Below the pieces are notes generated by a model. The model searched no databases, had not been told where the DNA came from, and saw only the letters and a program-made list of their open reading frames with translations. DNA of 64,000 nt, taken from NCBI GenBank assembly GCA_963823665.1, contig CAWGMQ010000008.1, positions 96,001 through 160,000 of the forward strand. The letters run 5' to 3'. The number at the start of each line of letters is the position of its first letter. Within the stretch, counting starts at the first letter, position 1. This DNA comes from an uncultured Planctomycetota bacterium (GTDB lineage: Bacteria; Planctomycetota; Planctomycetia; Isosphaerales; Isosphaeraceae). Made by a program: the position numbers and the translations under genes. Below, piece after piece: positions 49,811 to 60,370 of the stretch.

Positions 49811-50674
49811 ATGAACCCGAGAGTTTACATCAGCGGGAAGCTTTTCGAGAAGTCCGACGCAAAGATCAGCGTGTTCGACCACGGCCTGCTGTATGGCGAC
49901 GGGGTCTTCGAGGGCATCCGTGCCTATTCGGGGCGTGTCTTCCGTCTCAAGCAGCACGTTGACCGCCTGTATCGATCGGCACTGGGAATCCACCTCGAGA
50001 TTCCCATGAAACGCGAGGAGATGGCGGCGGCGATTGTGGATACGCTCGCCCAGAACAAGCTCGTCGACGCGTATATCCGGGTACTGGTAACCCGAGGCGC
50101 CGGCAGCCTCGGGCTCGATCCGCGGAAGACTTCGGACCCGCAGGTCATCATCATCACTGATAAGATCAGCCTCTATCCCGACGAGCTTTATGAGCATGGC
50201 CTGAAGATTGTCACGGCCGCCACCACGAGGAATCACCCCAATGCGGTGAATCCGCGGATCAAGTCGCTCAATTACTTGAACAATATTCTGGCCAAGATGG
50301 AAGGCATCGAGGCGGGCTGCGTGGAAGCCCTCATGCTCAATCACAAAGGCGAGGTTGCCGAATGCACGGGCGACAACATTTTCGTGGTGCATTCGGGCGC
50401 GATCCACACGCCGTCGGTCGATTCGGGAATCCTCGAAGGGATCACGCGGGAGGCAGTCATCGAGCTGGCCCGCGCGGCCGGATACTCGGTGACCGAGCGG
50501 ACGATGGACCGGCACGACGTTTTCACTGCGGACGAGTGTTTCCTGACGGGAACCGCGGCCGAGCTGATTCCCGTCGTCGCCTGTGACGGGCGCAACATCG
50601 GCTCGGGCCGGCCGGGGCCGATCACCCGTGAGCTCCGCGAGCGGTTTCACCGCCTCGTCCGCGAAGAGCGATAA
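49811..50674 (+). CDS. ilvE: Branched-chain amino acid aminotransferase
   Basis: DHGLLYGDGVFEGIR, KSLNYLNN, LEGITR, FLTGTAAE. Confidence 0.95.
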   Translation: MNPRVYISGKLFEKSDAKISVFDHGLLYGDGVFEGIRAYSGRVFRLKQHVDRLYRSALGIHLEIPMKREEMAAAIVDTLAQNKLVDAYIRVLVTRGAGSLGLDPRKTSDPQVIIITDKISLYPDELYEHGLKIVTAATTRNHPNAVNPRIKSLNYLNNILAKMEGIEAGCVEALMLNHKGEVAECTGDNIFVVHSGAIHTPSVDSGILEGITREAVIELARAAGYSVTERTMDRHDVFTADECFLTGTAAELIPVVACDGRNIGSGRPGPITRELRERFHRLVREER

Positions 50675-50689
50675 CCGAAGAGAATCAGC

Positions 50690-51160
50690 GTGATCGAGAT
50701 CAGCTCCATCCTGGCTCCGACTGATTTCTCCAGCCACTCCGAGCGCGCGGTATGGTACGCCTGCCAGCTCGCCGAAAGGCTGAATGCTCCGCTGCACCTG
50801 CTGCACGTCTTGAGTGAGATCGTTCCGGCTGGTCCGGACCCACTGCTCATGCCCGTGATGCCGCCCCAGTTCTACAAGGAAAACGAAGACCGGGCTCTAG
50901 TCACGCTCGAGCAATTGCCGCATCCTGACTGGGGAAAACCCCCCTCCGTGCTGAGGTCCGTCCGGTGGGGAAGCCCCGTCGACTCGATTGTGTCTTACGC
51001 GATCGACTACAAGATCGGCATGCTCGTCATCGCAACGCACGGCCGCACCGGGTTGAGCCACGTCTTGCTGGGTTCGGTGGCCGAGCACATCGTCCGCGAG
51101 GCACCGTGCCCGGTTCTGACCATCCGGGAGAACAGCCGGGGCCGGCCGGCCGCCGACTGA
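50690..51160 (+). CDS. Universal stress protein
   Basis: ILAPTDFS...ATHGRTGLSHVLLGSVAEHIVREAPCPVL. Confidence 0.93.
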   Translation: MIEISSILAPTDFSSHSERAVWYACQLAERLNAPLHLLHVLSEIVPAGPDPLLMPVMPPQFYKENEDRALVTLEQLPHPDWGKPPSVLRSVRWGSPVDSIVSYAIDYKIGMLVIATHGRTGLSHVLLGSVAEHIVREAPCPVLTIRENSRGRPAAD

Positions 51161-51261
51161 GGGTGGCTCGAATAAGCTTCCGAAACGCCGATCGATCCAG
51201 TCGCATGACTCGCGACGCGACTTTCCAGGCATTCACCCGCCTTCCTCGAAGGAGTGCAACT

Positions 51262-51792
51262 GTGACGGAAGCGGCATCCCGGCGTCGAGTGATCTATCGC
51301 GGCTCGAAATTCAACCTGGCGCTCGAGCCCTACGAGCGCGCCGATGGACTGGCTGGGGAGCGTGAGCTTGTGATCCACCCGGGGGCAGTTGCGCTGGTTC
51401 CGCTGATTGACAGCGAACACGTGTGCCTGGTCGAGAATGAACGCTACGCGGCGGGTAAGACACTGCTGGAAGTTCCTGCCGGAACGATCGATCCCGGTGA
51501 GGCTCCCGAGGTGACGGCCGGGCGCGAGCTCGTGGAGGAAACCGGCTACCGGGCTGGCAAGATCACGCGCATCCGCGAGTGGTTTGTTTCACCCGGATTC
51601 TTGACGGAGAAGATGTATCTCTTCCTCTGCGAAGAACTCGCGGCCGGCCGGCAAGCCCTTGAGCCCGACGAGCGATTGCGCCCTGTTGTCGTGCGCTGGG
51701 AGGATGCGGTTGCGATGGCTTTCGACGGCCGGATTGAAGACGCGAAAACAATCATCGCGTTGCTCGTCTGCGACCGGCTCAGAAAACGGTGA
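51262..51792 (+). CDS. NUDIX hydrolase (ADP-ribose pyrophosphatase-like)
   Basis: Nudix box GTIDPGEAPEVTAGRELVEETGY; SPGF; DAKT; GTG start after AAGGAG. Confidence 0.9.
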   Translation: MTEAASRRRVIYRGSKFNLALEPYERADGLAGERELVIHPGAVALVPLIDSEHVCLVENERYAAGKTLLEVPAGTIDPGEAPEVTAGRELVEETGYRAGKITRIREWFVSPGFLTEKMYLFLCEELAAGRQALEPDERLRPVVVRWEDAVAMAFDGRIEDAKTIIALLVCDRLRKR

Positions 51793-51801
51793 GACCCGGC
51801 G

Positions 51802-52773
51802 TCAGTTGCCCGAGCCTGAACCGTTCGCGCCGTGGAACGGCACCTTGCTCGGAACGAGCACCGCGTCGCTCCAGTGCACGCCCGGCCGCAAGTGCAGCTC
51901 GTTGTTGAGGAAGATGTCCGGATCGTGCGGCCCGGCGCGGCGGGTATTCAGCCAGCGAACGCTGTTATCGCCGAACAAGACGTTCTGGCCGCGCCCGCCA
52001 TGGTTTCGGCTGTTGCCATCGCGGATCGTGGCGAAGTTGATGTGGTCCGGCGAATCAGCGAGCACCGGCATGCTCGCGGAATGCGTGAGGTCGTGCGGCC
52101 CCGGGTGCCCGGTGGGATGCCGATAGCCGAGATTATAAGCATAGTCCCAGCACAGCATCGCGCGATAGAGCTCGGGATTGGTTCGCCTGATCTGGTCAAC
52201 CTGCTCGAAGCTCGAAAGCTCCTGACTCACATGGGCGCACGGCCCGTTACATGGGCAATCAAGGATCGACAGGTCTCTCAGCATGCCCGCATCGTGAAGC
52301 ATCACCGCAAACATACCAGCGTGAGTATCCGACCGATGCGAGGGTGGATAGGGCAAGGTTGCCTGTGAGGTTGCGTACTGCGCCAGGCTGTTGCCAAGCT
52401 GCTGCAGATTGAAGACGCAACCGGCCTGGTTCATTCGCTCCCGCGAGCGCTGGATGGCCGGCAGGAGGGTGAGCACGCCGGCAACAAAGATGCTGGCGGC
52501 GACTGCAAAGTCAGCCCAGCGAAACGGCAGGCGAGTCGAGACCTGCTCAAGCAGCGTCAGGGGCCGTCGCCGGTTTCGCGCGACGAACGAAACTGTGCGC
52601 GCTGCGAGGTCAGGCGGATGCTCAAACCAGGATCCGTCGTCCATGAGCTGGTCGATTGCGACTCGCAGCTTCTCGAACCGGACGACCTGGTCCTTGTCTC
52701 GACGAAGGGCTTGCTCAAGCTGGTCGCCCTCCGTCCCGCTCAAAACGCTTTCGATCATTTCTTCGGCATTCAT
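51802..52773 (-). CDS. Putative anti-sigma factor with a DUF1559-like / H-X9-DG-like C-terminal domain
   Basis: Directly downstream of an ECF sigma; TM helix then LLPAIQRSRE...CVFNLQQLG; NHGGRGQNVLFGDNSV. Confidence 0.65.
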   Translation of the reverse strand: MNAEEMIESVLSGTEGDQLEQALRRDKDQVVRFEKLRVAIDQLMDDGSWFEHPPDLAARTVSFVARNRRRPLTLLEQVSTRLPFRWADFAVAASIFVAGVLTLLPAIQRSRERMNQAGCVFNLQQLGNSLAQYATSQATLPYPPSHRSDTHAGMFAVMLHDAGMLRDLSILDCPCNGPCAHVSQELSSFEQVDQIRRTNPELYRAMLCWDYAYNLGYRHPTGHPGPHDLTHSASMPVLADSPDHINFATIRDGNSRNHGGRGQNVLFGDNSVRWLNTRRAGPHDPDIFLNNELHLRPGVHWSDAVLVPSKVPFHGANGSGSGN

Positions 52774-52777
52774 GGCT

Positions 52778-53422
52778 TCATTCGTCCCCGATGCGCTTCG
52801 CCGATTTCGCCATCTGCTGCAGCTTCTCGAGTGCGGCGTGCAAGCGCGACTTCACGGTTCCAACCGGAATCTTCAGGATATCAGCAATTTCACGATACTT
52901 GAGATCCTGGTGATAAGCCAGAATCAACGTTTGGCGGAGAGCATCAGGCAACCGCGCGATGCTCTCACGCACCCATTGTTGTCGTTCCGTTTCCTGGAGT
53001 TCTGCGAGCGGCCCTTCATCTTCACTTACCAAGAGATCGATCAATTGACCAGCCGCGTCGCCCTCGTTGCGGCCGGCATTCACCCGCCGATCGAGGCTCA
53101 CGGTTGGATGTCGCCCGGCCTTCCTCAGTGCATCCACGGCCTGATGCGTCGCAATCGCGTACAGCCAGGGACGAAACGGGCGGCCGTTTTCGAATAAACC
53201 ACGTTTCAGGTGAACTTGCAGGAATGTGTTCTGAAAGACGTCTTCCGCCGCGGTTTGATCGCCGATGTATCGAACCAGGTATCGATACAACTCGCGTTCG
53301 TAGCGGTGGACGAGCTCGTTGAACAAGACCGCACGCCCCTCCTCGCGGTACTTGTTCATCAGCTCCTCGTCAGAGAGCTGACTGATGTCGTCCGCGCGAT
53401 CGGAGCTTATGGCCTTAACCAT
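52778..53422 (-). CDS. ECF RNA polymerase sigma factor
   Basis: AEDVFQNTF, FRPWLYAIA, YREIADILKIPVGTVKSRLH. Confidence 0.93.
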   Translation of the reverse strand: MVKAISSDRADDISQLSDEELMNKYREEGRAVLFNELVHRYERELYRYLVRYIGDQTAAEDVFQNTFLQVHLKRGLFENGRPFRPWLYAIATHQAVDALRKAGRHPTVSLDRRVNAGRNEGDAAGQLIDLLVSEDEGPLAELQETERQQWVRESIARLPDALRQTLILAYHQDLKYREIADILKIPVGTVKSRLHAALEKLQQMAKSAKRIGDE

Positions 53423-53617
53423 CTTACGTTCCGCTGCGGCCGAAAGTTCAAACCGGAGAACACAGCAGGTGCGATCTGCCACCAGTTGCGCGAGTCAAGA
53501 AACGTTCGCAAAGCGTAACAGCAAGTCTATAGCGATCTTCGGGCGAGTCAATAGAGGTCTCGACGAACGCGTTCGGTGAGGGCGGCCCCGCATTTTTTGG
53601 CAGAGCCACAATCCTTG

Positions 53618-55411
53618 TTACCGGATCAGGCGCATCCGCTCCATATACGGAAGAATAGGTAGCACGAAGTCTGCGCCGACGCGGATGCGTGGCCAGACCG
53701 GCTTGGGATGCGGCCAGTACACGCAGAACGCCTTGCCGATCAGGAGCGATTCAGGGACTTCCCAGCTTGCGCGGCCCGATGTGTCCCAACCCTGGCTGGG
53801 ATAGTCGGGATCAAAGCGATCCGTCTGGCCCCATGCACGCGCGTCGCGGCTCCAGGGGCTGTTGTCGCCCAGCATCAAGTAACGACCCGGTCCCAGCGTA
53901 TAGTCGCGAGCCTCGTGGTGCTCGAGCGCCGCGAAACGCGTCGGATTTGAGAGCAGATCGAAGAACGCCGTGGAATCGGTGTGAGCGGGTGCATCGAAGT
54001 TCGCGTAGTCGCTCTCGGCTGGCTCGAGCGTGTAGTAAACGTCTCGTTTGAGCTTCAACCCTTCGGCCTCGATCGCCGCGTTGCGGACCCCGATTCGGGC
54101 CGGCTCCAAGTCTGCGGTGGTCGGGGCGAGGTGTACTCGATCCGTTTCATACGTGAAGCCGTCGCCGAACGGCAGCTTTCCGTCGACCCAAAGCGTGAGC
54201 CGGTCGTCCACATTGGCGAACGTGAGCTCGAAGCGTCCAGAATGCGCGACGTCTGTTTGAACCGGCGTCCCCAGGACGGATTCACCGTGAAAAAGTGTGG
54301 CGCGGCCGGTCGTCAGGTCGATCTCACAACGGTTCGAAACACCGGCTTCGATCAGCTCGAGCCGCACTGCACCCGTGGCTTTCAGCACGTTGAGTCGCAA
54401 CGACAACGTCAAATCGCCGACCCAGTGAGGCTGGAACCAGGGGCGAGCCGCTTTTCGTGGTGATTTTTCGTCGTCGGGCAGCACGTCCGTGTTATAAGAG
54501 TTGAAGTCCGTGACCAGGATCGCTCTGGGCGGCCCCTGGAGTTCTCGCTTGGCCTCGATCGCCTTCCAGTCTTCCGGGCTGGGAACAAGATGGTGGTACC
54601 GCAAGTCGGCCCAGTCTTCTCCGTCGGCTCCACTCACGAATTGACCCGGTGCTTGCTCGACCCAGCTTCCCGTGCCGGCGGGCTCGGGTTTGAACCGCAG
54701 CCATCGCGGGCTGTCCTTCAAAGCGGTCGCCCGATGTTCGTCGTCATAGACGAGCATCTGCATCGCTTGCTGGTGGTACAGGGGCCGTCGCAGCCGCTGG
54801 GGAAAGTCCAGAGGCGCCATGGGCCGCATCCACAGGTCGCCTCCTTCGATTCTCACCACCTCGTTCGGCATTCCCACCAGCCGCTTGATGTAGCGGACCT
54901 CGGGCTCCTCGGGGAGCTTGAACACTGTCACGTCCCAGCGCTTGAGCGCGCCGGGCATTTCGCTGCCCAGCAACGGACGAGTCGCGCCCAGCTTGATAAC
55001 GTAGACCCGGTCGCCCGAAAAGCTGGGTTCTTGATCGACCCGTGTCTCGAAACGGCAATTCGCGCAAGTACCCTTGACGACGCGGACACCGGTGCTGCCG
55101 CCACTTCCGGAGGAATCGACCTCGCGATCGGCGTTGACGGTGTAAACGTCGCCGCACTGTGGGCAAACGATCTCCTTGTGGCGGCCCATGAGGGTCGTCG
55201 CCATCGAGCCTGTCGGAATCACGAACCCCTCGGCCTCGAGACTCCAGACCAGAAACGCCACGAAAACCACGACGAACGATTCGATCGACTCGCGTCCACT
55301 CTTCGACTTCGGCTTCGCATCCGGCTTCATCGCGTCCGGGCTGGCGGGGGCTCCGGAACTGGCCTGGCGCCGTGCTCGAACCCAAAACGAACTGTTCATA
55401 GCGATCCTCAC
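53618..55411 (-). CDS. lepB: Signal peptidase I, long planctomycete type
   Basis: IPTGSM (catalytic Ser), YIKRLVG (catalytic Lys), LGDNSPWSRDAR; CPQC/CANC insert. Confidence 0.9.
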   Translation of the reverse strand: MRIAMNSSFWVRARRQASSGAPASPDAMKPDAKPKSKSGRESIESFVVVFVAFLVWSLEAEGFVIPTGSMATTLMGRHKEIVCPQCGDVYTVNADREVDSSGSGGSTGVRVVKGTCANCRFETRVDQEPSFSGDRVYVIKLGATRPLLGSEMPGALKRWDVTVFKLPEEPEVRYIKRLVGMPNEVVRIEGGDLWMRPMAPLDFPQRLRRPLYHQQAMQMLVYDDEHRATALKDSPRWLRFKPEPAGTGSWVEQAPGQFVSGADGEDWADLRYHHLVPSPEDWKAIEAKRELQGPPRAILVTDFNSYNTDVLPDDEKSPRKAARPWFQPHWVGDLTLSLRLNVLKATGAVRLELIEAGVSNRCEIDLTTGRATLFHGESVLGTPVQTDVAHSGRFELTFANVDDRLTLWVDGKLPFGDGFTYETDRVHLAPTTADLEPARIGVRNAAIEAEGLKLKRDVYYTLEPAESDYANFDAPAHTDSTAFFDLLSNPTRFAALEHHEARDYTLGPGRYLMLGDNSPWSRDARAWGQTDRFDPDYPSQGWDTSGRASWEVPESLLIGKAFCVYWPHPKPVWPRIRVGADFVLPILPYMERMRLIR

Positions 55412-55573
55412 CGTGCGGCATGCCGCGTATTCGTCTGGTCCTCGTCAACCTAGAATAACAAACCTCTGTCTCGACATGAACCGGCGCCTGCCCGGGTCAC
55501 TCTCGCTTCGATCCGCACGCACGCTGTAACATGGGGCTGTCGGATCTCTATTGCCTCACGGAGACTGCGATCA

Positions 55574-56068
55574 GTGACCGAAACTCCCGCTAGCTCTCAA
55601 CCTGGCGAGGCCACACCGCGGTCGGCCGTGCCTCGCCGCAATCGACTCCATGCTCTTCGCGTGGCTGCGGCCGTTATTTGGATCCTGGTGATCCTCGGTC
55701 TGTGCTGGACTCCGAAGTTCGTCGTACGCAGGGTCGAGAACGATTCGTTTTTCCGGCTGCCCAGTCTGGACAAGCTCGTCCACGGGGTGATCTTCGTCGT
55801 CCTGGCGATTCTCTGGATGCGGGTCGGCTCGTCGTGGCGCGCCATCGGGGCCATCATCCTGGGCGGCTTTGCGCTTGGAATCATCAGCGAGCTGGGCCAG
55901 TTGATGCCGTTTGTACGGCGCGATGCCAATTTGTACGACATGCTCACCGACTTCGCCGGTGTGTTGATCGGAATTGCCGCGGCGCCGCTTGTGGAGCCCT
56001 GGCTGGCGCGGCTCGAGCGCCGGCTCATTCGCGACCGCGATGCCGAGCCGCTCGCCGCGGATCGTTAG
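55574..56068 (+). CDS. VanZ-like membrane protein
   Basis: DKLVHGVIF...SELGQ...RDANLYDMLTDFAG. Confidence 0.85.
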   Translation: MTETPASSQPGEATPRSAVPRRNRLHALRVAAAVIWILVILGLCWTPKFVVRRVENDSFFRLPSLDKLVHGVIFVVLAILWMRVGSSWRAIGAIILGGFALGIISELGQLMPFVRRDANLYDMLTDFAGVLIGIAAAPLVEPWLARLERRLIRDRDAEPLAADR

Positions 56069-56090
56069 ATCGAGCATCAAACAACAGACC

Positions 56091-58070
56091 ATGAAGGACA
56101 AGCCTCCCTTGATCAACCGCCCTTGGCCCCGCTTTGTGTCCGGGGCCGCGATCACGCTGCTGGCCGCCATCCTTACGCACTCGCCCGCTGCTGCCCTTGC
56201 GGAGCGAGAGCTCACGCTCTCCTGGGACAAAGAAATCCTCACCGTCGGCGGCAAGCATCTCCCCGGCGGCGCGCTCGAAATCTGGTACATCGAGGCCTTC
56301 TGCCGGCCCGGTTCCACCGCACGCGACTGGACCAAGACGGTGATTCGCCACAAGACCGAGCTGATCGCGACGGCGGCGGACCACCGTTCGATCACGCTGC
56401 GGTCTCTTCTGGAAGACGGTGTGGTGGTGGACCACGAGATCCGTGCGGGCCACGATGAAGTCGACTTTCAGGTCGTTGCGAGAAACCCCACATCCACTCC
56501 GTCGCTCGCGCACTGGGCGCAGCCGTGCATTCGCGTCAATCGCTACGCCGGCACGAAACTCGAGCATAACAGCGAGGCCTATCTCCCGCGCTGTTTTCTG
56601 TACGTGGACGGCAAGCCCGTCCGGATGCCGTTCGAGCCCTGGGCGAAGAAAGCCCTGTACACTCCCGGCCAGGTCTGGTGTCCCAACGGCGTCAGTCGCG
56701 ACGACGTCAACCCGCGCCCGCTTTCGTCGATCGTACCCTCGAATGGCTTGATCGGCTGCGTTTCGGCTGACGGCAGAGAGCTTGTTGCCACCGCCTGGGA
56801 GCCTTACCAGGAGCTTTTTCAGGGTGTGATCGTTTGCCTGCACTCCGATTTTCGCATCGGCGGGCTCGCGCCCGGCGAGTCGAAGACGATCCGCGGCAAG
56901 ATCTACCTCATGCCGGCCGATTTTCCTGCGCTCGAGTCGCGTTATCGCAAGGACTTTCCCAACCAGGAGCGCGCGGTTGGAACCGGAAATCCGCCGGCGA
57001 GTTTGAACCAGAAGAAGCTCATCGAGTTCGGCTGGGACGAGCCCGACACCGCCTTCATGCGCCGGCATCGCGATCAGCTCGAGTCCGCGCCATTCGACGG
57101 CTGCGTGTTTCACGCGGTGGCGCGCAGCGGCGGGAAATCCGAGAGCTTCACGTGGCTCGGCTGGGGGCGACACGAGTTCTCTCGAGTTGATCTTGAGTCC
57201 GCCTATGATGACCTGGCTTCGATCAAGTGGTCGCGGCCGCGCCACGACTTCCTCCGATTCAACGTCACGCCGGCCGATCTCGACTGGTTTGACGACCATG
57301 GACCGGCGCTTGCGAACGCCCGCCTGGCCGCGGAGCTTGCCAGGGCCGGGCATTGCCAGGGCATTCTTCTTGATACCGAGGCCTATCAGGCGAAGCTCTT
57401 TGATTTCTCGAGACAGAGCGATGGGCGGCGACGTGGCTGGGCCGAGTATGCATCGATGGCCCGGCGCCGCGGGCGTGAGCTGATGGCGGCTTTTCAGGAG
57501 GGTTTTCCGGGGCTCTCGGTCCTCTTCACGTTCGGGCACAGCCTCGTCTGGCGGCAGAGTGACCACGGCAAGAAACCACTCGAGCAGTGCCCTGATGGTC
57601 TGCTGGTTCCGTTCCTGGACGGCATGATCGAGGGGGTGAGAGCAGGAGCGCGGCTGATCGACGGGCATGAAATGTCGTACGGTTACCTTGATGCAGAGGC
57701 GTTCCGCCGCGCCCGTCAGACGATCAAGGTGGATGCCGCCGAGCTCTCTGCGGCCCGATCGGGTTACGAGCGATTCATCTCACCTGCATTTGGGATCTGG
57801 CTCGACTACGACTGGCCGAAGAAAGGCTGGAGGCCGGCCGAGCCGGAGAGAAACCACTTCTCGCCCGAGCGTCTGGAAATCAGCCTGCGCGCCGCAATCG
57901 AGCAATCGGACGAGTACGTATGGATTTATACCGAAAAACCGCGCTGGTGGTCCGAGAAGGGCCCGGTCGATCTGCCGGCCGCATATGTCGAGACCGTCCG
58001 CCGCGTTCGCCGTGCGCTCACAGGCGTTGCTGCTGTTCGTTCTTCTCCGGCCGGGAGCGGGCCGGAATGA
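56091..58070 (+). CDS. Secreted two-domain hypothetical protein
   Basis: Signal peptide and a long protein-like ORF; a second domain begins near KKLIEFGWDEP. Confidence 0.7.
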   Translation: MKDKPPLINRPWPRFVSGAAITLLAAILTHSPAAALAERELTLSWDKEILTVGGKHLPGGALEIWYIEAFCRPGSTARDWTKTVIRHKTELIATAADHRSITLRSLLEDGVVVDHEIRAGHDEVDFQVVARNPTSTPSLAHWAQPCIRVNRYAGTKLEHNSEAYLPRCFLYVDGKPVRMPFEPWAKKALYTPGQVWCPNGVSRDDVNPRPLSSIVPSNGLIGCVSADGRELVATAWEPYQELFQGVIVCLHSDFRIGGLAPGESKTIRGKIYLMPADFPALESRYRKDFPNQERAVGTGNPPASLNQKKLIEFGWDEPDTAFMRRHRDQLESAPFDGCVFHAVARSGGKSESFTWLGWGRHEFSRVDLESAYDDLASIKWSRPRHDFLRFNVTPADLDWFDDHGPALANARLAAELARAGHCQGILLDTEAYQAKLFDFSRQSDGRRRGWAEYASMARRRGRELMAAFQEGFPGLSVLFTFGHSLVWRQSDHGKKPLEQCPDGLLVPFLDGMIEGVRAGARLIDGHEMSYGYLDAEAFRRARQTIKVDAAELSAARSGYERFISPAFGIWLDYDWPKKGWRPAEPERNHFSPERLEISLRAAIEQSDEYVWIYTEKPRWWSEKGPVDLPAAYVETVRRVRRALTGVAAVRSSPAGSGPE

Positions 58071-58107
58071 CGGGATTCGCGGATGGTCGTTTCCTGCGCT
58101 GGACCGC

Positions 58108-58563
58108 TCATCCCGCGTTCGGAATGACAAAACTCAGATGATGGGCGCAATGGATGAGCTGAAGGCGATCCCATTCCGCCTTGGTCAGCGGGCCGAAGCG
58201 CCGGTGTGGAATCTTGGGACCGCCCGAGGCTTTGTAGTGCGCGACCGCGCTCCGTAGCCCCTCCGCCTCCTCACGCTCGCCGAGCGCTTCCGCGGGCATG
58301 ACTTCCTGGGGGCCCTGAATGCCCTCCGGCAGTAAACCCGACTCGAGGACCTGCCGCTTTTGCTCTTCGCCGACCCACTGCGAGGGATCCTGGGGTATTG
58401 TCGCGGGCAGATCAACCACCCTGCGCAGCACAGTTGCCAGATGGCGGCAGGTCTGGGCCAGCGACCAGTTGCCGAGCGTCGTGCTGGATCCGATCAGGCG
58501 CTCGACCTCCGGCATGATGTCGTCGAAGCTTCTGAAGCTGAGCGTTCGTCGTCCCGGTGTCAT
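58108..58563 (-). CDS. DUF1569 (DinB-like) protein
   Basis: GNWSLAQTCRHLA...HRRFGPLTKAEWDRLQLIHCAHHLSF. Confidence 0.85.
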   Translation of the reverse strand: MTPGRRTLSFRSFDDIMPEVERLIGSSTTLGNWSLAQTCRHLATVLRRVVDLPATIPQDPSQWVGEEQKRQVLESGLLPEGIQGPQEVMPAEALGEREEAEGLRSAVAHYKASGGPKIPHRRFGPLTKAEWDRLQLIHCAHHLSFVIPNAG

Positions 58564-58712
58564 GCATTGCGTCTCCGTTCTCGTGTGACGTAGGTCGGGA
58601 ACCATTTCCGCAAGAAAGCGGGCTGTCGTCAATCGCTTTGTAGCCCGTCTGGTTCGCTGATAATCTCTGGCACCGATGTGCATTGTACATTCGCTTACGC
58701 TGGAGAGACTCG

Positions 58713-58811
58713 ATGGAACGGCGCATCATCATCACGCTCGGCGTGAACGACCTTGAGCGAAACAGAGGATTTTACGAGCGTCTCGGATGGCGACGATCGC
58801 TTGCGGGCTGA
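58713..58811 (+). pseudogene. N-terminal remnant of a VOC/glyoxalase gene
   Basis: MERRIIITLGVNDLERNRGFYERLGWRRS then stop; GGAG upstream. Confidence 0.6.
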
Positions 58812-58951
58812 GACCTTCACTACACGCGGATCCGGGTCGTCTTCTGTCGAACCGCGTGCTACGATAGCGATCCGTCACCGAGCCGTGACCGAATCATCGA
58901 CCCTGACCCGGAACTGCACACCGGTAACCGAATCAACTCCACGAGCAACCC

Positions 58952-60244
58952 ATGAGTTCGTCCGAATCCAACGGCTTCCCCACGTTACGTCACGACATCG
59001 CGGGAATTCCCGTCCGCGAGCTGGCGGCCCAGTACGGCACGCCCTGTTACGTATACGACTCGAGCGCGATCATCAAACGCATCGAGGAACTGCGGGCGTT
59101 TGACGTGATCCGCTATGCCCAGAAGGCTTGCTCCAACATCGCGATCCTTGATCTCATGCGGCGACACGGCGTGCTTGTTGATGCCGTGAGCGCCGGCGAG
59201 CTCGAGCGCTCGTTTGTAGCCGGTTACAAAGCGCAGGGCGACCCGCCGCCGGTCGTGTACACAGCCGATATCTTTGACGAGGAGGCCCTCTCGCTGGCTG
59301 TTGAACGCGGGGTCCACGTGAACGTGGGCTCGCCCGACATGATCGACCAGCTCGGCCGGCGTGCGCCCGGGCGGCACATCACGCTGCGCATCAACCCAGG
59401 CTTCGGGCACGGACACAGCCAGAAGACGAACACCGGCGGCGACCATTCCAAGCACGGCATCTGGCACGATGGACTCGCCGAAGCTCTCGCACTGGCGGCC
59501 CGGCACAACCTGACGATAACGGGCGTGCACATGCACATAGGGTCTGGAACAGACCTGGAGCATCTGTCGCAGGTTTGCGGCGCGATGGAACGCGTCGGCC
59601 GGCAGATCGGTCCATCGATCACGGCGATCAGCGCCGGCGGCGGCCTGCCGATCGCCTATCGACCCACCGAGCAGCTCGTCGATCTCGCGGCCTACCACCG
59701 GTTGTGGGATGCGACACGCAAGCGTCTGGCCGGGGCGTGGGGCCATCCCGTGCGACTGGAGATCGAGCCGGGCCGTTATCTCGTTGCGGAAAGCGGCTAT
59801 TTGCTCACCCAGATCCGCGCGATCAAGCAAACGTCCTCGAGGACCTTTTATATCCTGGATGCCGGCTTCAACAATCTGGCCCGGCCAATTCTGTACGGCG
59901 CATACCATCCGATGTCCGTATCACCCGCCGATAGCGCTGCGGAAAGACCTCTGGAAGATGTGGTGGTGGCCGGTCCGCTCTGCGAGTCCGGCGACGTGTT
60001 CACTCAGGAGGAAGGCGGCACGGTGTGCAGCCGACGGTTACCCGTTGCTCGCGTGGGAGACTGGCTCGTGATCGAGCGAGCCGGGGCCTACGGCTTCGCG
60101 ATGAGCTCGAATTACAACTCCAAACCGCTCGCGCCGGAGGTTTTGATCGTCGGAGGCCGTCCTCACCTGGTCCGCGCCAGACAAACGTTCAAGGACCTGA
60201 TCCTGGGCGAACGCATTCCGGACCTGGACGCCGAACATGCGTGA
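58952..60244 (+). CDS. lysA: Diaminopimelate decarboxylase
   Basis: YAQKACSN (PLP Lys), HMHIGSG, EPGR, GPLCESGD, GAYG...SNYN. Confidence 0.96.
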   Translation: MSSSESNGFPTLRHDIAGIPVRELAAQYGTPCYVYDSSAIIKRIEELRAFDVIRYAQKACSNIAILDLMRRHGVLVDAVSAGELERSFVAGYKAQGDPPPVVYTADIFDEEALSLAVERGVHVNVGSPDMIDQLGRRAPGRHITLRINPGFGHGHSQKTNTGGDHSKHGIWHDGLAEALALAARHNLTITGVHMHIGSGTDLEHLSQVCGAMERVGRQIGPSITAISAGGGLPIAYRPTEQLVDLAAYHRLWDATRKRLAGAWGHPVRLEIEPGRYLVAESGYLLTQIRAIKQTSSRTFYILDAGFNNLARPILYGAYHPMSVSPADSAAERPLEDVVVAGPLCESGDVFTQEEGGTVCSRRLPVARVGDWLVIERAGAYGFAMSSNYNSKPLAPEVLIVGGRPHLVRARQTFKDLILGERIPDLDAEHA

Positions 60245-60370
60245 CCGAGGGAGAGAGGCGGTGGCTCGGACGGGATGCTCCGACCTCGCACGCAGGTGCG
60301 CTCCGCGAGCTCATCCCGGCTCATCGTTCTGGGCGTCCTCCCGCCGACCCAGCGTCCCCGATCCGGTACT

